Shown: positions 25,709 to 33,680 of the stretch, in pieces
Layout of the letters: every line of letters begins with the position of its first letter
Position numbering within the stretch: position 1 is the first letter of the stretch
IMG/VR virus record: IMGVR_UViG_3300037722_000992
Location: 1 to 38,682 of that record
Length of the DNA stretch: 38,682 nt
Direction: 5' to 3' (one strand)
From: a virus
Taxonomy: Duplodnaviria > Caudoviricetes
Notes under the pieces: generated by a model
What the model saw: only the letters and a program-made list of their open reading frames with translations
What the model was told of the DNA's origin: nothing
The model's database searches: none
Program-made: the position numbers and the translations under genes

Positions 25709-27190
25709 CTATTTAGCCCCCTGGTCGAATACGAGGCGGGTCCAGCTGCCATTTCTAATTTCGGTGGCTGCGTCGGAGTCTTTAAAAGGCACATTCCAGA
25801 CGCCGCTCGGTCCGCTTTGGACGTGGATGTTGCGCCAAGTGAACAGATAGTTGCCGCTGGAGGCCTCGTCGACGAGCTCACGGATGTTGCAGCCTTGCGT
25901 CACGCAATTTTCGAGGTGCAAGTGACAAACCCCGTTGGCGCCGGTCATCTTGATGGCGCCGGCCTTGAGATATTTGATGTCACGCAACGTCCAACTACCG
26001 GGACCGACGTCGATCTGTGGCACTCGGATGTTGCGCTGCGGGATGGCTGCGGAGTTGATGGTGACGGCGGAGAAAGCGTAGGTCTTGGTCGTCTCGTAGT
26101 CATGCTTCAGCAGCATCGCCTGCGTCGCGCCGGCGTCCATGTCGACGTGGCCGATCGTCAACCCGCCTTCATTCACGTCGATCAATCCGACTCGGACACA
26201 AATGGTGCGCCCCGCGCTGGAACCCACGTGCGAGATTTGCCCGACGGTCGTCTTGCCGCCGCGTTCCTGCCAGAAGATTTGCGCCGGATTGCCGTGGGAG
26301 CGAATCGTGCCAAAGTGGTTGTCCAGGCTTTGCTTGTTCCGAATCCAGACGCCCGTGCCCTGATTCACGAATTGGCCGTCGTAAGGAAAATCGACGTAGA
26401 TGTCATCCGCGTTGAGCGTGTCGGCGTGGTCGTCCTCGTCGCCGAGATAGCTCGCCGTGTTGGGGTCGTCGGTGTTGTGGCCGATGAGGATGGGCACCAG
26501 CAACTGAGTGAACCGCAGACGGTTGAAGTTGTGCTTTCCGCTGGCGTTGACTGCGCCGCCCGTCGACGTGTTGATCTGAATGCCGACTTCGGCGCGATCG
26601 GGGTAGACCGCTCCTACCGGCTCCAATCCGCGACCCGACACGCGGCATCCCTGGAAATTCAAATCATCCAAATTGCTTCCGGCATTGTTGAGGACGAGCA
26701 TCTTGCCGTTGTTTCGACCGGTCCACACCAACTTGGTGATCCACGGTCCGTTGAGCGAGGAGGCGTCGCCGATCTGGCGCATGCGTCCACCCGCCCCACG
26801 CATCGCGTAACCGTGCTTGGGTCCAAAGACGATGGGCTCGGGGATCTCGTAGGTGCCGCCCGGCAACACCGCCGCCGATGCACTTGACCCTGTGGAGGCA
26901 GCGGACAGTCGCGTGGCGTTATTGCCAAATGGGAATGCCGGGTTAGCACCCTGCCGCAAGCCGAGATCGTTCTCGCGGTCGAGTCGCTGCCGCTCGACGG
27001 CTTCGATGCGGGCTTCGAGCAAATTGATCCACTTGGTCGTCTCCTCAGAATGGGCCGGGTCGCGCAGGGCGTCGATCGCCGTTTGCAGCACCTGGACTTG
27101 GCCGCGGAGATTGGCGACGGCGCGGTCGCGCTCGGCTACCTGCTCTTTGAGTAGGTCGAAGGGATCGAGTTGGGTGGGGGTGTCGGTCAT
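25709..27190 (-). CDS. Coiled-coil plus beta-helix protein (tailspike/depolymerase-like)
   Basis: N-terminal heptads, then AVLPGGTYEI...MRGAGG...TKLVWTG...LDDLNFQG pectate-lyase-3-like start. Confidence 0.72.
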   Translation of the reverse strand: MTDTPTQLDPFDLLKEQVAERDRAVANLRGQVQVLQTAIDALRDPAHSEETTKWINLLEARIEAVERQRLDRENDLGLRQGANPAFPFGNNATRLSAASTGSSASAAVLPGGTYEIPEPIVFGPKHGYAMRGAGGRMRQIGDASSLNGPWITKLVWTGRNNGKMLVLNNAGSNLDDLNFQGCRVSGRGLEPVGAVYPDRAEVGIQINTSTGGAVNASGKHNFNRLRFTQLLVPILIGHNTDDPNTASYLGDEDDHADTLNADDIYVDFPYDGQFVNQGTGVWIRNKQSLDNHFGTIRSHGNPAQIFWQERGGKTTVGQISHVGSSAGRTICVRVGLIDVNEGGLTIGHVDMDAGATQAMLLKHDYETTKTYAFSAVTINSAAIPQRNIRVPQIDVGPGSWTLRDIKYLKAGAIKMTGANGVCHLHLENCVTQGCNIRELVDEASSGNYLFTWRNIHVQSGPSGVWNVPFKDSDAATEIRNGSWTRLVFDQGAK

Positions 27191-27197
27191 GGTGCGG

Positions 27198-27569
27198 TCA
27201 TTCGATTTTTGCCTTGACTGATGCAAGCTCGGCACGCAGGTCACCAATCAGCTCGAACAGCTTATTGATTTGCTCCGCCTGCCCATCGCGCTCTTGGAGC
27301 ACTGTGGCTAGCTTGGCAATCTCTGTTGTGTTGCCAATCATGGCCGTGTCTAGTCGGCCCATCTGGTCGTTTAGCTGATGCGACCAGCTCCGCAGCCCCC
27401 AGCCGATTGTGGCAATCAACACGCCGATCGTGCTCATCAGCGCGATCATCACCTGGTTGAGAGTCAAGTTTTTCTCCCCCACGTCCAAAGCCGTCGCATC
27501 CGAGGCGGCAAGCATGGCCGTAGAGGCCCAACCCCCGAGGGCGAAAGTGATAATCGCGATTTTTAGCAT
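27198..27569 (-). CDS. Two-hydrophobic-segment protein with C-terminal coiled coil (holin candidate)
   Basis: Hydrophobic at about aa 3-22 and 39-59; coiled-coil tail. Confidence 0.5.
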   Translation of the reverse strand: MLKIAIITFALGGWASTAMLAASDATALDVGEKNLTLNQVMIALMSTIGVLIATIGWGLRSWSHQLNDQMGRLDTAMIGNTTEIAKLATVLQERDGQAEQINKLFELIGDLRAELASVKAKIE

Positions 27570-27711
27570 GGTGATTTTCTGGTAATTATCATGGAATCAG
27601 TCGACGGGCGGCTTGCATCCGCTCGCTCGATTAGGCGTCGCGGTTCACTCCGGTGTCCGCGACGCCGACTCTTTTGTGTCTGCGATCCTGTCTCTCAACT
27701 GCTCCGCAGTG

Positions 27712-28341
27712 TTAAAAGAACACTGCATCCCTAGGCGCATGCCCCGATCTCAACCTGTTAATTATCTTCATAGGCTTCACACCCACTTCTTCCGCCCAGG
27801 CTGCTACACACTGCGTGTGACCATCTATCGTCAGCAGCCTGTTGCTGCGAGTATTCCTCGCTTGCGCTTTTGCATCACTCCAGCGACAGTTTTCGGGATT
27901 GTAATTTCCGTTTGAGTCAATCCGATCGATCGAGTGTTTGTTGCTTGGACGAGCACCCATGTCCAAGTAAAATCGCTCGAACGATTGCCGCCATTCCTTA
28001 CACACAGTTATCCCGCGGCCTCCATAGCGTGGATAACTGCCATCTTTTTCGTCGTAACACCTACTCTTCATTCCAGACCAAGTCGAATACTCTGTTGACC
28101 TGCTCATTCCGTGCGTACTATTAACGCCAGCTTTGTGGATCCTCGCACCACAACTCTTCTGCCTCTGAAGATTACCTGACGCGACAACTTTCACTGCTCC
28201 GCAATCGCATTCGCAGAGCCACAGGGTGCTTCCAGATTTACTCGCACCGGCGTATTGCATCACAACTAGCGTGCCAAACCTACAACCATCGAGATTTTTG
28301 AAGTTATGAACCGTTGGAAGATTGTCTTGAGTCGTATGCAT
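27712..28341 (-). CDS. Free-standing HNH homing endonuclease-like protein
   Basis: WLCECDCG, WSGMKSRC, YGGRGITVC, SIDRIDSNGNYNPENCRW; visibly lower GC than flanks. Confidence 0.88.
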   Translation of the reverse strand: MHTTQDNLPTVHNFKNLDGCRFGTLVVMQYAGASKSGSTLWLCECDCGAVKVVASGNLQRQKSCGARIHKAGVNSTHGMSRSTEYSTWSGMKSRCYDEKDGSYPRYGGRGITVCKEWRQSFERFYLDMGARPSNKHSIDRIDSNGNYNPENCRWSDAKAQARNTRSNRLLTIDGHTQCVAAWAEEVGVKPMKIINRLRSGHAPRDAVFF

Positions 28342-28531
28342 CGGCAATTTTCTCCCGAAGGATATCAGCAACCCACGTTTCGCTTTCACTGTTAAGCGAT
28401 AGGTCCCGCAGATGGCTTTGTAGTTCCGTAATTATTGATTCCGCTAGTCCGTCGATGCGCAGGTCTTTCAAGTGGGCTTCCAGGCTAACCCGGTCGCCAG
28501 ACCTCTCGGTTTCGTCGCACGGGCTTTCCAT
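28304..28531 (-). CDS. Hypothetical protein (75 aa)
   Basis: AAGGAG RBS before ATG 28531. Confidence 0.55.
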   Translation of the reverse strand: MESPCDETERSGDRVSLEAHLKDLRIDGLAESIITELQSHLRDLSLNSESETWVADILREKIADAYDSRQSSNGS

Positions 28532-28652
28532 CGCTCCTTGGCGGGCTCAACCACGGCCAGTCGATCGCTTCGTATTCGTTTCCATCCGGCCAGCGGATGA
28601 TTTGCACTCTCCTCGGTTTGATCTGGCGTCCGATCGCTTCGTAGGGACTCAT
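28485..28652 (-). CDS. Hypothetical protein (55 aa)
   Basis: ATGA coupling with the upstream gene. Confidence 0.45.
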   Translation of the reverse strand: MSPYEAIGRQIKPRRVQIIRWPDGNEYEAIDWPWLSPPRSDGKPVRRNREVWRPG

Positions 28653-28804
28653 GACAGCATGGGCTCCCATTCTCCATCACCAACCTTGATCGAACTTTTC
28701 CGCAACCCAATACGAACTAGCCACGCACAGGAGAGCGTCTGTCCGATGGCGATCGCCCAATAAGCCCACTTCGGTTGCCGGAATGTCACCTCAATGTGCG
28801 GCAT
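28649..28804 (-). CDS. Small hydrophobic protein (51 aa)
   Basis: GGGAG RBS; WAYWAIAIGQTLSCAWLVRIG. Confidence 0.5.
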   Translation of the reverse strand: MPHIEVTFRQPKWAYWAIAIGQTLSCAWLVRIGLRKSSIKVGDGEWEPMLS

Positions 28805-28872
28805 GGATCTTCTCCCGAAGAATGGTGCGCGCCGCGGGGAGGTGTTCGCGACGCGCACCGCGGTGGCATGGC

Positions 28873-29664
28873 TTACATTTTGGATACTGTGGCCGGCTCC
28901 GTGATACCCAGCCATTGCAGAGCCAGCGCCCGGTCTTCCGGGACTTCGGCGAACTCGGGCAGCGTCTTGCGGAGCACCCGCTTCATTGCTGCGCGGCGGC
29001 CGACATCAGTCATCAATTCTGCGACCAATGCCTGGACCTGAGCCTTCGCCAAGTCGGCGTTGTCAGTCGCAATGCCCATGATGGCCGTCGAGAATTTCTC
29101 GAGGCCCAATTCGCTGAGCGGGCCGGTTAGAATGGCAAGCTTCGCCTTGGTCTCGGGATCGAGCGTAAAGCCGGTGATTCGTTCTAGCAACACCGCTTCA
29201 AGAATCTTCTCGATGTCCTTGTCGTCGAGAATCTTTGGCGTCACGTCAGCGATGCCCTTGGCAATAACCTGCTTCGAGTCCTTGTCGTCCAAGAGTGGCG
29301 ACAGCACGCCGACAATGGCCTTGGCGATCGTTGCACGATGCTCTGGGAACTTCGCCACAACTTGCGGCAAGGCCTTGCGGATGATTCGCACGACCAGGTC
29401 GTCAATCTTGTCACCAGTAAACCAGCGCTTGGAAAAATCTTTCGCCGCGTTGATCGCACCGAACAGATTGCCGCTGCCGAGTTTGGCGAAGATCGGCGTC
29501 GCCCCTTCGAGGCCGAGTTTCTCTTCGAGAATCCAACCAACTCTGGATAGTTCTTCTTGCTTTTTGTCGACCCGCTTTTTCAGGAGCGCGAAGACCACGA
29601 CGCCGAGCACGACCAACAACGTAAGGGCCAGGACGGTCGAGCCGCCACCAATGAGCCACCACAT
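28873..29664 (-). CDS. N-terminally anchored helical membrane protein (263 aa)
   Basis: GGAGG RBS; long N-terminal TM followed by KKR. Confidence 0.8.
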   Translation of the reverse strand: MWWLIGGGSTVLALTLLVVLGVVVFALLKKRVDKKQEELSRVGWILEEKLGLEGATPIFAKLGSGNLFGAINAAKDFSKRWFTGDKIDDLVVRIIRKALPQVVAKFPEHRATIAKAIVGVLSPLLDDKDSKQVIAKGIADVTPKILDDKDIEKILEAVLLERITGFTLDPETKAKLAILTGPLSELGLEKFSTAIMGIATDNADLAKAQVQALVAELMTDVGRRAAMKRVLRKTLPEFAEVPEDRALALQWLGITEPATVSKM

Positions 29665-29715
29665 GATTCAAACCTCCAGGTACAAAGTTAAAAAGTGAAC
29701 GGGGGTGCGACGACG

Positions 29716-30108
29716 CTAATCGTCGGCTGACTCTTGCGCCTTGCGAATCACGACGTACGCGCCAACGCCGGCCACCGCCGGGATCAGCAGCGCCATCGGC
29801 GAACAGGCGAGCAGATAAAAGATCGGATTGATGCCGGAACGATCTGCCGGCTGCGGTTGCGGCTGGTCGTATTGTGGCTGTTCCGGTTGCTGGCCGTACA
29901 TCTTCACGAACATCCCGTCGCCAGAGACGTGGCCGACCTCTTGGCCAGGCTTCTTGAGCCCCATGCCGATCGGTCGACCGCAACTGCCGTCGGCGCACGG
30001 ATCGTCGCCGCCGCCGCCGCGACCCCCGCGGAACTTGTCGAGCAGGCCCGCGTTGGCAGGCAGGGTGAGCACACACAGAGCAAGCACAGCGAGTGCGAAG
30101 CGTTTCAT
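29716..30108 (-). CDS. Exported protein with signal peptide and C-terminal TM
   Basis: MKRFALAVLALCVLTLPANA signal; CADGSC motif; Q/P linker; C-terminal hydrophobic segment. Confidence 0.75.
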   Translation of the reverse strand: MKRFALAVLALCVLTLPANAGLLDKFRGGRGGGGDDPCADGSCGRPIGMGLKKPGQEVGHVSGDGMFVKMYGQQPEQPQYDQPQPQPADRSGINPIFYLLACSPMALLIPAVAGVGAYVVIRKAQESADD

Positions 30109-30130
30109 GGTTTGGTTCCTGTCGAGAGAG

Positions 30131-30658
30131 TTAGCGACCGAAGATTGCGACGCGTGCGTTGCCGTTCGTGCCGTCGCCGACGGCCACGCCGACGTCACGC
30201 CAATTGTCGAGTTGGTTTCGATTGTGTCCTCGAGAATTCGCCCACTGAGGGTTGACCGTTGCCGCCGGCGAACTCCCCCAAGCCAAGTTCTCGCCAACGC
30301 TGTTACCGCGGTAGCCAGCGGAACGAGCCGCCGCCATCGGGTTCTGTCCGTTCACGTTGTGGCCAGACCCGCGACGCAGTACGCCAAATCCACTTCCGCC
30401 ACCTTTGTAAACGGCGTTGGTGCGACCGCGCGCAGCGGCCATCAGTGCGGGATCGAGCCGGAGCGGCGGTCCACCACGATACTGATTGAGCGCGTGGTAC
30501 AACTCCGCTTCCGGCCCTGTGACCTGAAAACCCCACGCCGGACTGCGCACCATCGACCGCAGCGGCTGCCCTTCCAGGCAAAGCATCCCGCCGACGGCGA
30601 TCATGCTAATTGCCGAAGCGACGCACAAAACGGAAATTGCTGCCAGTAGTTTGAACAT
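30131..30658 (-). CDS. CAP/SCP-domain protein, paralog 1
   Basis: N-terminal TM; EAELYHALNQYR...LDPALMAAA...GH...AGY...GENLAWG...WANSRGH. Confidence 0.85.
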   Translation of the reverse strand: MFKLLAAISVLCVASAISMIAVGGMLCLEGQPLRSMVRSPAWGFQVTGPEAELYHALNQYRGGPPLRLDPALMAAARGRTNAVYKGGGSGFGVLRRGSGHNVNGQNPMAAARSAGYRGNSVGENLAWGSSPAATVNPQWANSRGHNRNQLDNWRDVGVAVGDGTNGNARVAIFGR

Positions 30659-30872
30659 GGTTTGGTTCGGTTTTGCGGTTCAGCAGCGGGAAGCTCGGAA
30701 TCTTGCCCTCGATCCCCTGCATCACGGCAATCATTTCTTTTGCCCGCTCGTTGCGCTCCTGATCGCGGCGGGCCTCGATGACGTTGTTGAACGTGTACGC
30801 AGCCGATGCGGCGAGTACCGTCACGGTCGCCATCGCCGCAACGGCTACGAGTGTCCATAGTGCAGCTCTCAA
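30606..30872 (-). CDS. Single-TM protein with coiled coil (88 aa)
   Basis: TTGA overlap; N-terminal TM then charged helix. Confidence 0.6.
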   Translation of the reverse strand: MRAALWTLVAVAAMATVTVLAASAAYTFNNVIEARRDQERNERAKEMIAVMQGIEGKIPSFPLLNRKTEPNHVQTTGSNFRFVRRFGN

Positions 30873-31267
30873 AACAACACGCCCTCCATTTCTTCGATGG
30901 CTTCGTCATTGACGATGCTATGCGGACCTTGCGTGTTGATGATCTGGTTGCGGCAACAGGCGGAACTCACGGCCGTCGCTGGTCCGCTGCTGCGTCGCAT
31001 TCCCGGCGGGACGGCCGGCTGTGAATTGCCAGCGAAGCACCCGGCCAAGTGGTGCGTGACCAGGAATTTTGGCCAAGCGATCGTGATTCGCCACGCGATG
31101 TAGACAATCGTCAGCGGCGCAAGGGCCATCTTGAGCGAGACCATCCGCGGCGAACGGCAGTGTTTGCGGATCAACGGAGCCTCTTGGTCGAGGTACAGCG
31201 CCGTCGAAACCATGTAGTACAGCACGGCCATCGATTGGAGCCAGAAGATTGCGAGGTCGTAGATCAA
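30869..31267 (-). CDS. Two-TM membrane protein
   Basis: TTG 31267 overlapping the CAP stop; two hydrophobic segments. Confidence 0.6.
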   Translation of the reverse strand: MIYDLAIFWLQSMAVLYYMVSTALYLDQEAPLIRKHCRSPRMVSLKMALAPLTIVYIAWRITIAWPKFLVTHHLAGCFAGNSQPAVPPGMRRSSGPATAVSSACCRNQIINTQGPHSIVNDEAIEEMEGVLF

Positions 31268-31905
31268 TCCGGCCTCCCGAAGATCGCGACATTCCGGCTG
31301 CGGTACACGCCGACGCCGATATCCGCGTAGTGCTGATTCACCCAGCGGTTGTTGATGTTCATCCAGCCCTTCATCGCCATCGCGTGGCCGTAAGATTGTT
31401 TCCAAGCCCAGACGGCGCGCTCCGGTGTAAAGTCCTGCGCGAAGTCCTCGTTGACCGGGCCGCGATAACCAGCCTTGCGGCACGCCTGCGACGGCCAGAC
31501 GCCGCCGGGGTGGTGAGCGCAGGCATTGGTCATCACGCGGGCCCGCTGCCGCGCCACGGTCATTAGGGTTGGGCTGGGTGCGAGCGGCGAAAGTCCGCAC
31601 ACTCGGCGATAATGATTCACCGCATCGATCAGCCGAGCTTCGTCGAGCGTGAGTCGCGGTTCGTTCGGGTAAGGCTTCGGCGGTTGTTGTGGCTCACCAC
31701 GCCGCAATGGTCGAGTGTCGAAGATCGAGAGTGGCGAACGGAACAGTTGCCGCTTGGCCTCCGTCCTGCGCTCGATGACTTGCTGCACCACCTGCGGAGC
31801 GGACGGCAAAACGTCAAGCGGTGCGAACGCCAGCGCAGCGCCGACGGCGAGCATCCAGAAGCCGGATAGGCCAGTGAGCGTCAGCATGGCAAGGATCAGT
31901 CGCAC
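31264..31905 (-). CDS. CAP/SCP-domain protein, paralog 2
   Basis: N-terminal TM; EARLIDAVNHYRR..GLSPL...AHH...AGY...EDFAQ...WKQSYGH...IGVGV. Confidence 0.85.
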   Translation of the reverse strand: MRLILAMLTLTGLSGFWMLAVGAALAFAPLDVLPSAPQVVQQVIERRTEAKRQLFRSPLSIFDTRPLRRGEPQQPPKPYPNEPRLTLDEARLIDAVNHYRRVCGLSPLAPSPTLMTVARQRARVMTNACAHHPGGVWPSQACRKAGYRGPVNEDFAQDFTPERAVWAWKQSYGHAMAMKGWMNINNRWVNQHYADIGVGVYRSRNVAIFGRPD

Positions 31906-31906
31906 G

Positions 31907-32014
31907 CTACTTGTCCTTTGGCCGCTTCTCTTCGAGCCAGGCGAGCAACAGCGCAAGAAGCACGATCGCCCCCATCACCAGGCTCACGATCCACAGCATT
32001 TCGAGCCAGAACAT
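31907..32014 (-). CDS. 35-aa single-TM peptide (absent from ORF track)
   Basis: MFWLEMLWIVSLVMGAIVLLALLLAWLEEKRPKDK; abuts CAP gene start. Confidence 0.6.
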   Translation of the reverse strand: MFWLEMLWIVSLVMGAIVLLALLLAWLEEKRPKDK

Positions 32015-32020
32015 TCCCCA

Positions 32021-32131
32021 TCACCACTTCCCGTAGAGCGCCGTCCACAGTGCCGTCACAGCCCAAACCAAGGGCTTGGTCGCCACGAGGGCGATGAACA
32101 ACAGCGTCCCGAATAGGACCCACCAAAACAT
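32021..32131 (-). CDS. 36-aa hydrophobic peptide (absent from ORF track)
   Basis: MFWWVLFGTLLFIALVATKPLVWAVTALWTALYGKW; TGATG-coupled to the hydrolase stop. Confidence 0.62.
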   Translation of the reverse strand: MFWWVLFGTLLFIALVATKPLVWAVTALWTALYGKW

Positions 32132-32781
32132 CAGGACTCCATCGGGCCGAACATTTGTTCGGCCACGTCGATCACCTTGGCTTTGAATTTTGGGTACTCA
32201 TCCATCCAGCGGTGCAAAGTTCCCACAACTTCGATTCGATTTGGCAATGCTTCTCCGTTCGACTCCCACACCAGTTCGTGGCCGCGGAGCCAGCTCATCC
32301 GCTCGTGCAATCGAAAGTTTCTCCTGTCTTGAACGAACCAGTGGGGCTCCACAATGTTGTCGGGCATCGCGATCTGCGGCCTGCCCCACGGCCGCGTGAG
32401 GTAAGCCGCGACTTGCGCGACGCCCCAGCGGTGCGCAAGTGGGCCGCCCAGGTGATACACTCCATCACTGAAAACAGCGGCTTCAACAGAGAGATCGCGG
32501 TAACGAAGCTCTCGCAAAAGGTTAGTGACTCCAAAGCCGACTCCCCAGGAGTAAGCGACGAGCATGATGCGCGGTCGCTGGCCGTTCATTCCGCAACGAA
32601 AAATGGTCTCCGCAACGTCGCTCCAATCGGTGTTCCACGGATGCTGCACCACGCAAATTCCGCGGTCTTTGAACTTGTCCCAGAGTTGATGCCACAGAGC
32701 CGGCACACCCTGATGGCTCTGCCCCATCGTTTGCATGAAGCCGGGGATCAGCACGATCCATTGGTTGATCGGCCGCGGCAT
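32131..32781 (-). CDS. Alpha/beta-hydrolase-fold protein
   Basis: IVLIPGF oxyanion motif, LVAYSWG nucleophile elbow, FSDGV, C-terminal His (TLHRWMD); GGAGG upstream. Confidence 0.75.
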   Translation of the reverse strand: MPRPINQWIVLIPGFMQTMGQSHQGVPALWHQLWDKFKDRGICVVQHPWNTDWSDVAETIFRCGMNGQRPRIMLVAYSWGVGFGVTNLLRELRYRDLSVEAAVFSDGVYHLGGPLAHRWGVAQVAAYLTRPWGRPQIAMPDNIVEPHWFVQDRRNFRLHERMSWLRGHELVWESNGEALPNRIEVVGTLHRWMDEYPKFKAKVIDVAEQMFGPMES

Positions 32782-32839
32782 GATTGATCCGATAAACCTC
32801 CGTCTCGATTGAACGGGCTCCCTGACCCATGGCAAAAAG

Positions 32840-32912
32840 TGGCTCCGGCTGGCTTCGCTCCAGCGTCTCGGGCTTATGAGACCCGCGAGATACTTGACTT
32901 CTCCACGGCGCA
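32840..32912 (-). tRNA. Degenerate tRNA-Met(CAT), initiator-like
   Basis: 73-nt cloverleaf: acceptor TGCGCCG/CGGAGCC-A, D stem GAGA/TCTC, anticodon arm CGGGT-CTCATAA-GCCCG, T arm GCTGG-AGCGAAG-CCAGC. Confidence 0.78.
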
Positions 32913-32963
32913 AAAAAACGGCGGGCACCAGGTTCCAAGCAAGGAACAAAGTGCTCGCCGTTT
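32912..32963 (-). terminator. Intrinsic terminator ahead of tRNA and late operon
   Basis: AAACGGCGAGCAC...GTGCCCGCCG stem with inner GTTCC/GGAAC, followed by T7. Confidence 0.7.
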
Positions 32964-33001
32964 AGCGAGGGGCCACGCGGCCACATGGGTTGTCAACAGG
33001 A

Positions 33002-33030
33002 ATTTTGCGTAACCAACCCCCGAATGTCAA
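33002..33030 (-). promoter_or_regulatory. Putative late promoter
   Basis: TTGACA (33030-33025), 17 nt, CAAAAT (33007-33002); a second TTGACA at 32996-32991. Confidence 0.55.
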
Positions 33031-33206
33031 GCGCAGGGAGGATGGCGCGGCTTTTTGCGGTGCCTGACCACTGGGCGGGGTCGCGGAGATTCACTCACCC
33101 GCACGAAGAATCGGCGGGGATTTCCCTCTACGGGCTCGACCGTGAGGTAGCGGCCATCGGGTAATTGCTTGACCTTGCCGGCCTCGACGAACGTGGCGAA
33201 TTCCAT
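33027..33206 (-). CDS. Small basic protein (59 aa, absent from ORF track)
   Basis: AAGGA RBS; MEFATFVEAGKVKQLPDGRYLTV...RHRKKPRHPPCA. Confidence 0.5.
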   Translation of the reverse strand: MEFATFVEAGKVKQLPDGRYLTVEPVEGNPRRFFVRVSESPRPRPVVRHRKKPRHPPCA

Positions 33207-33233
33207 GCTGGCATCCTTGCTGGTGTGTCCTGG

Positions 33234-33680
33234 TCAGCTCTCAGCGACGCGCGTGCGGGCCTCGGCGGCGTCGATTTCGTGTTCCAAATACCAGCGGGCT
33301 TTTTTCAAGTCCTCCAGCCGATTGACCTTGTGGTCCGCGCGGCAAACGTACTTCACCACGTTTCCGAGACAGAAGCCCAATTGCTTCGCGTCGATAAAGT
33401 CGATGACTTCGATGCCGCCGGCTGTGTAGTGGGGCGGGTGGTTCACGAGGTCGGGCTGAGCAAGATTGCCGGTCGTCGGCCTGCGCTTTGGACGCAGCGG
33501 TGGAGGCGGTGGCGGATAGCAATATTTCGGCCGTGGCGGTGGCGGTGGCATGTGCTCCGGTTGCTGCGGTAGTTGTGTCCGCGGATTGCCTTCGCACTTA
33601 GGACAGACTTGCCTGCCGAACAACCAGTCGCATCGAATGTAGCCGAGATCTTCGCACCGATCGCACATGTATTGTTTCAA
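33234..33680 (-). CDS. DUF3310-like protein with N-terminal Zn finger and Pro-rich linker
   Basis: VNHPPHYT..GIEVID...FCLGNVVKYVCRA..K...EDLKKARWYL; CDRC/CPKC; GGAGGAG RBS. Confidence 0.85.
   Translation of the reverse strand: MKQYMCDRCEDLGYIRCDWLFGRQVCPKCEGNPRTQLPQQPEHMPPPPPRPKYCYPPPPPPLRPKRRPTTGNLAQPDLVNHPPHYTAGGIEVIDFIDAKQLGFCLGNVVKYVCRADHKVNRLEDLKKARWYLEHEIDAAEARTRVAES

Noticed and set aside
27600-28470. Group I intron carrying the HNH gene
   Set aside because: Could not identify the conserved core elements and there is little non-coding space; the flanks look like a duplicated gene end, not two exons
30606-31267. Rz/Rz1 spanin pair
   Set aside because: No convincing lipobox-containing nested or adjacent ORF found; the 88-aa TM coiled-coil protein alone is insufficient evidence
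32785-32840. tRNA-associated HDV-like (theta) ribozyme in the tRNA trailer
   Set aside because: Could not build the nested double pseudoknot by eye
32782-32949. N-terminal extension of the hydrolase ORF
   Set aside because: Overlaps the tRNA and terminator; a start at 32781 downstream of GGAGG is more plausible
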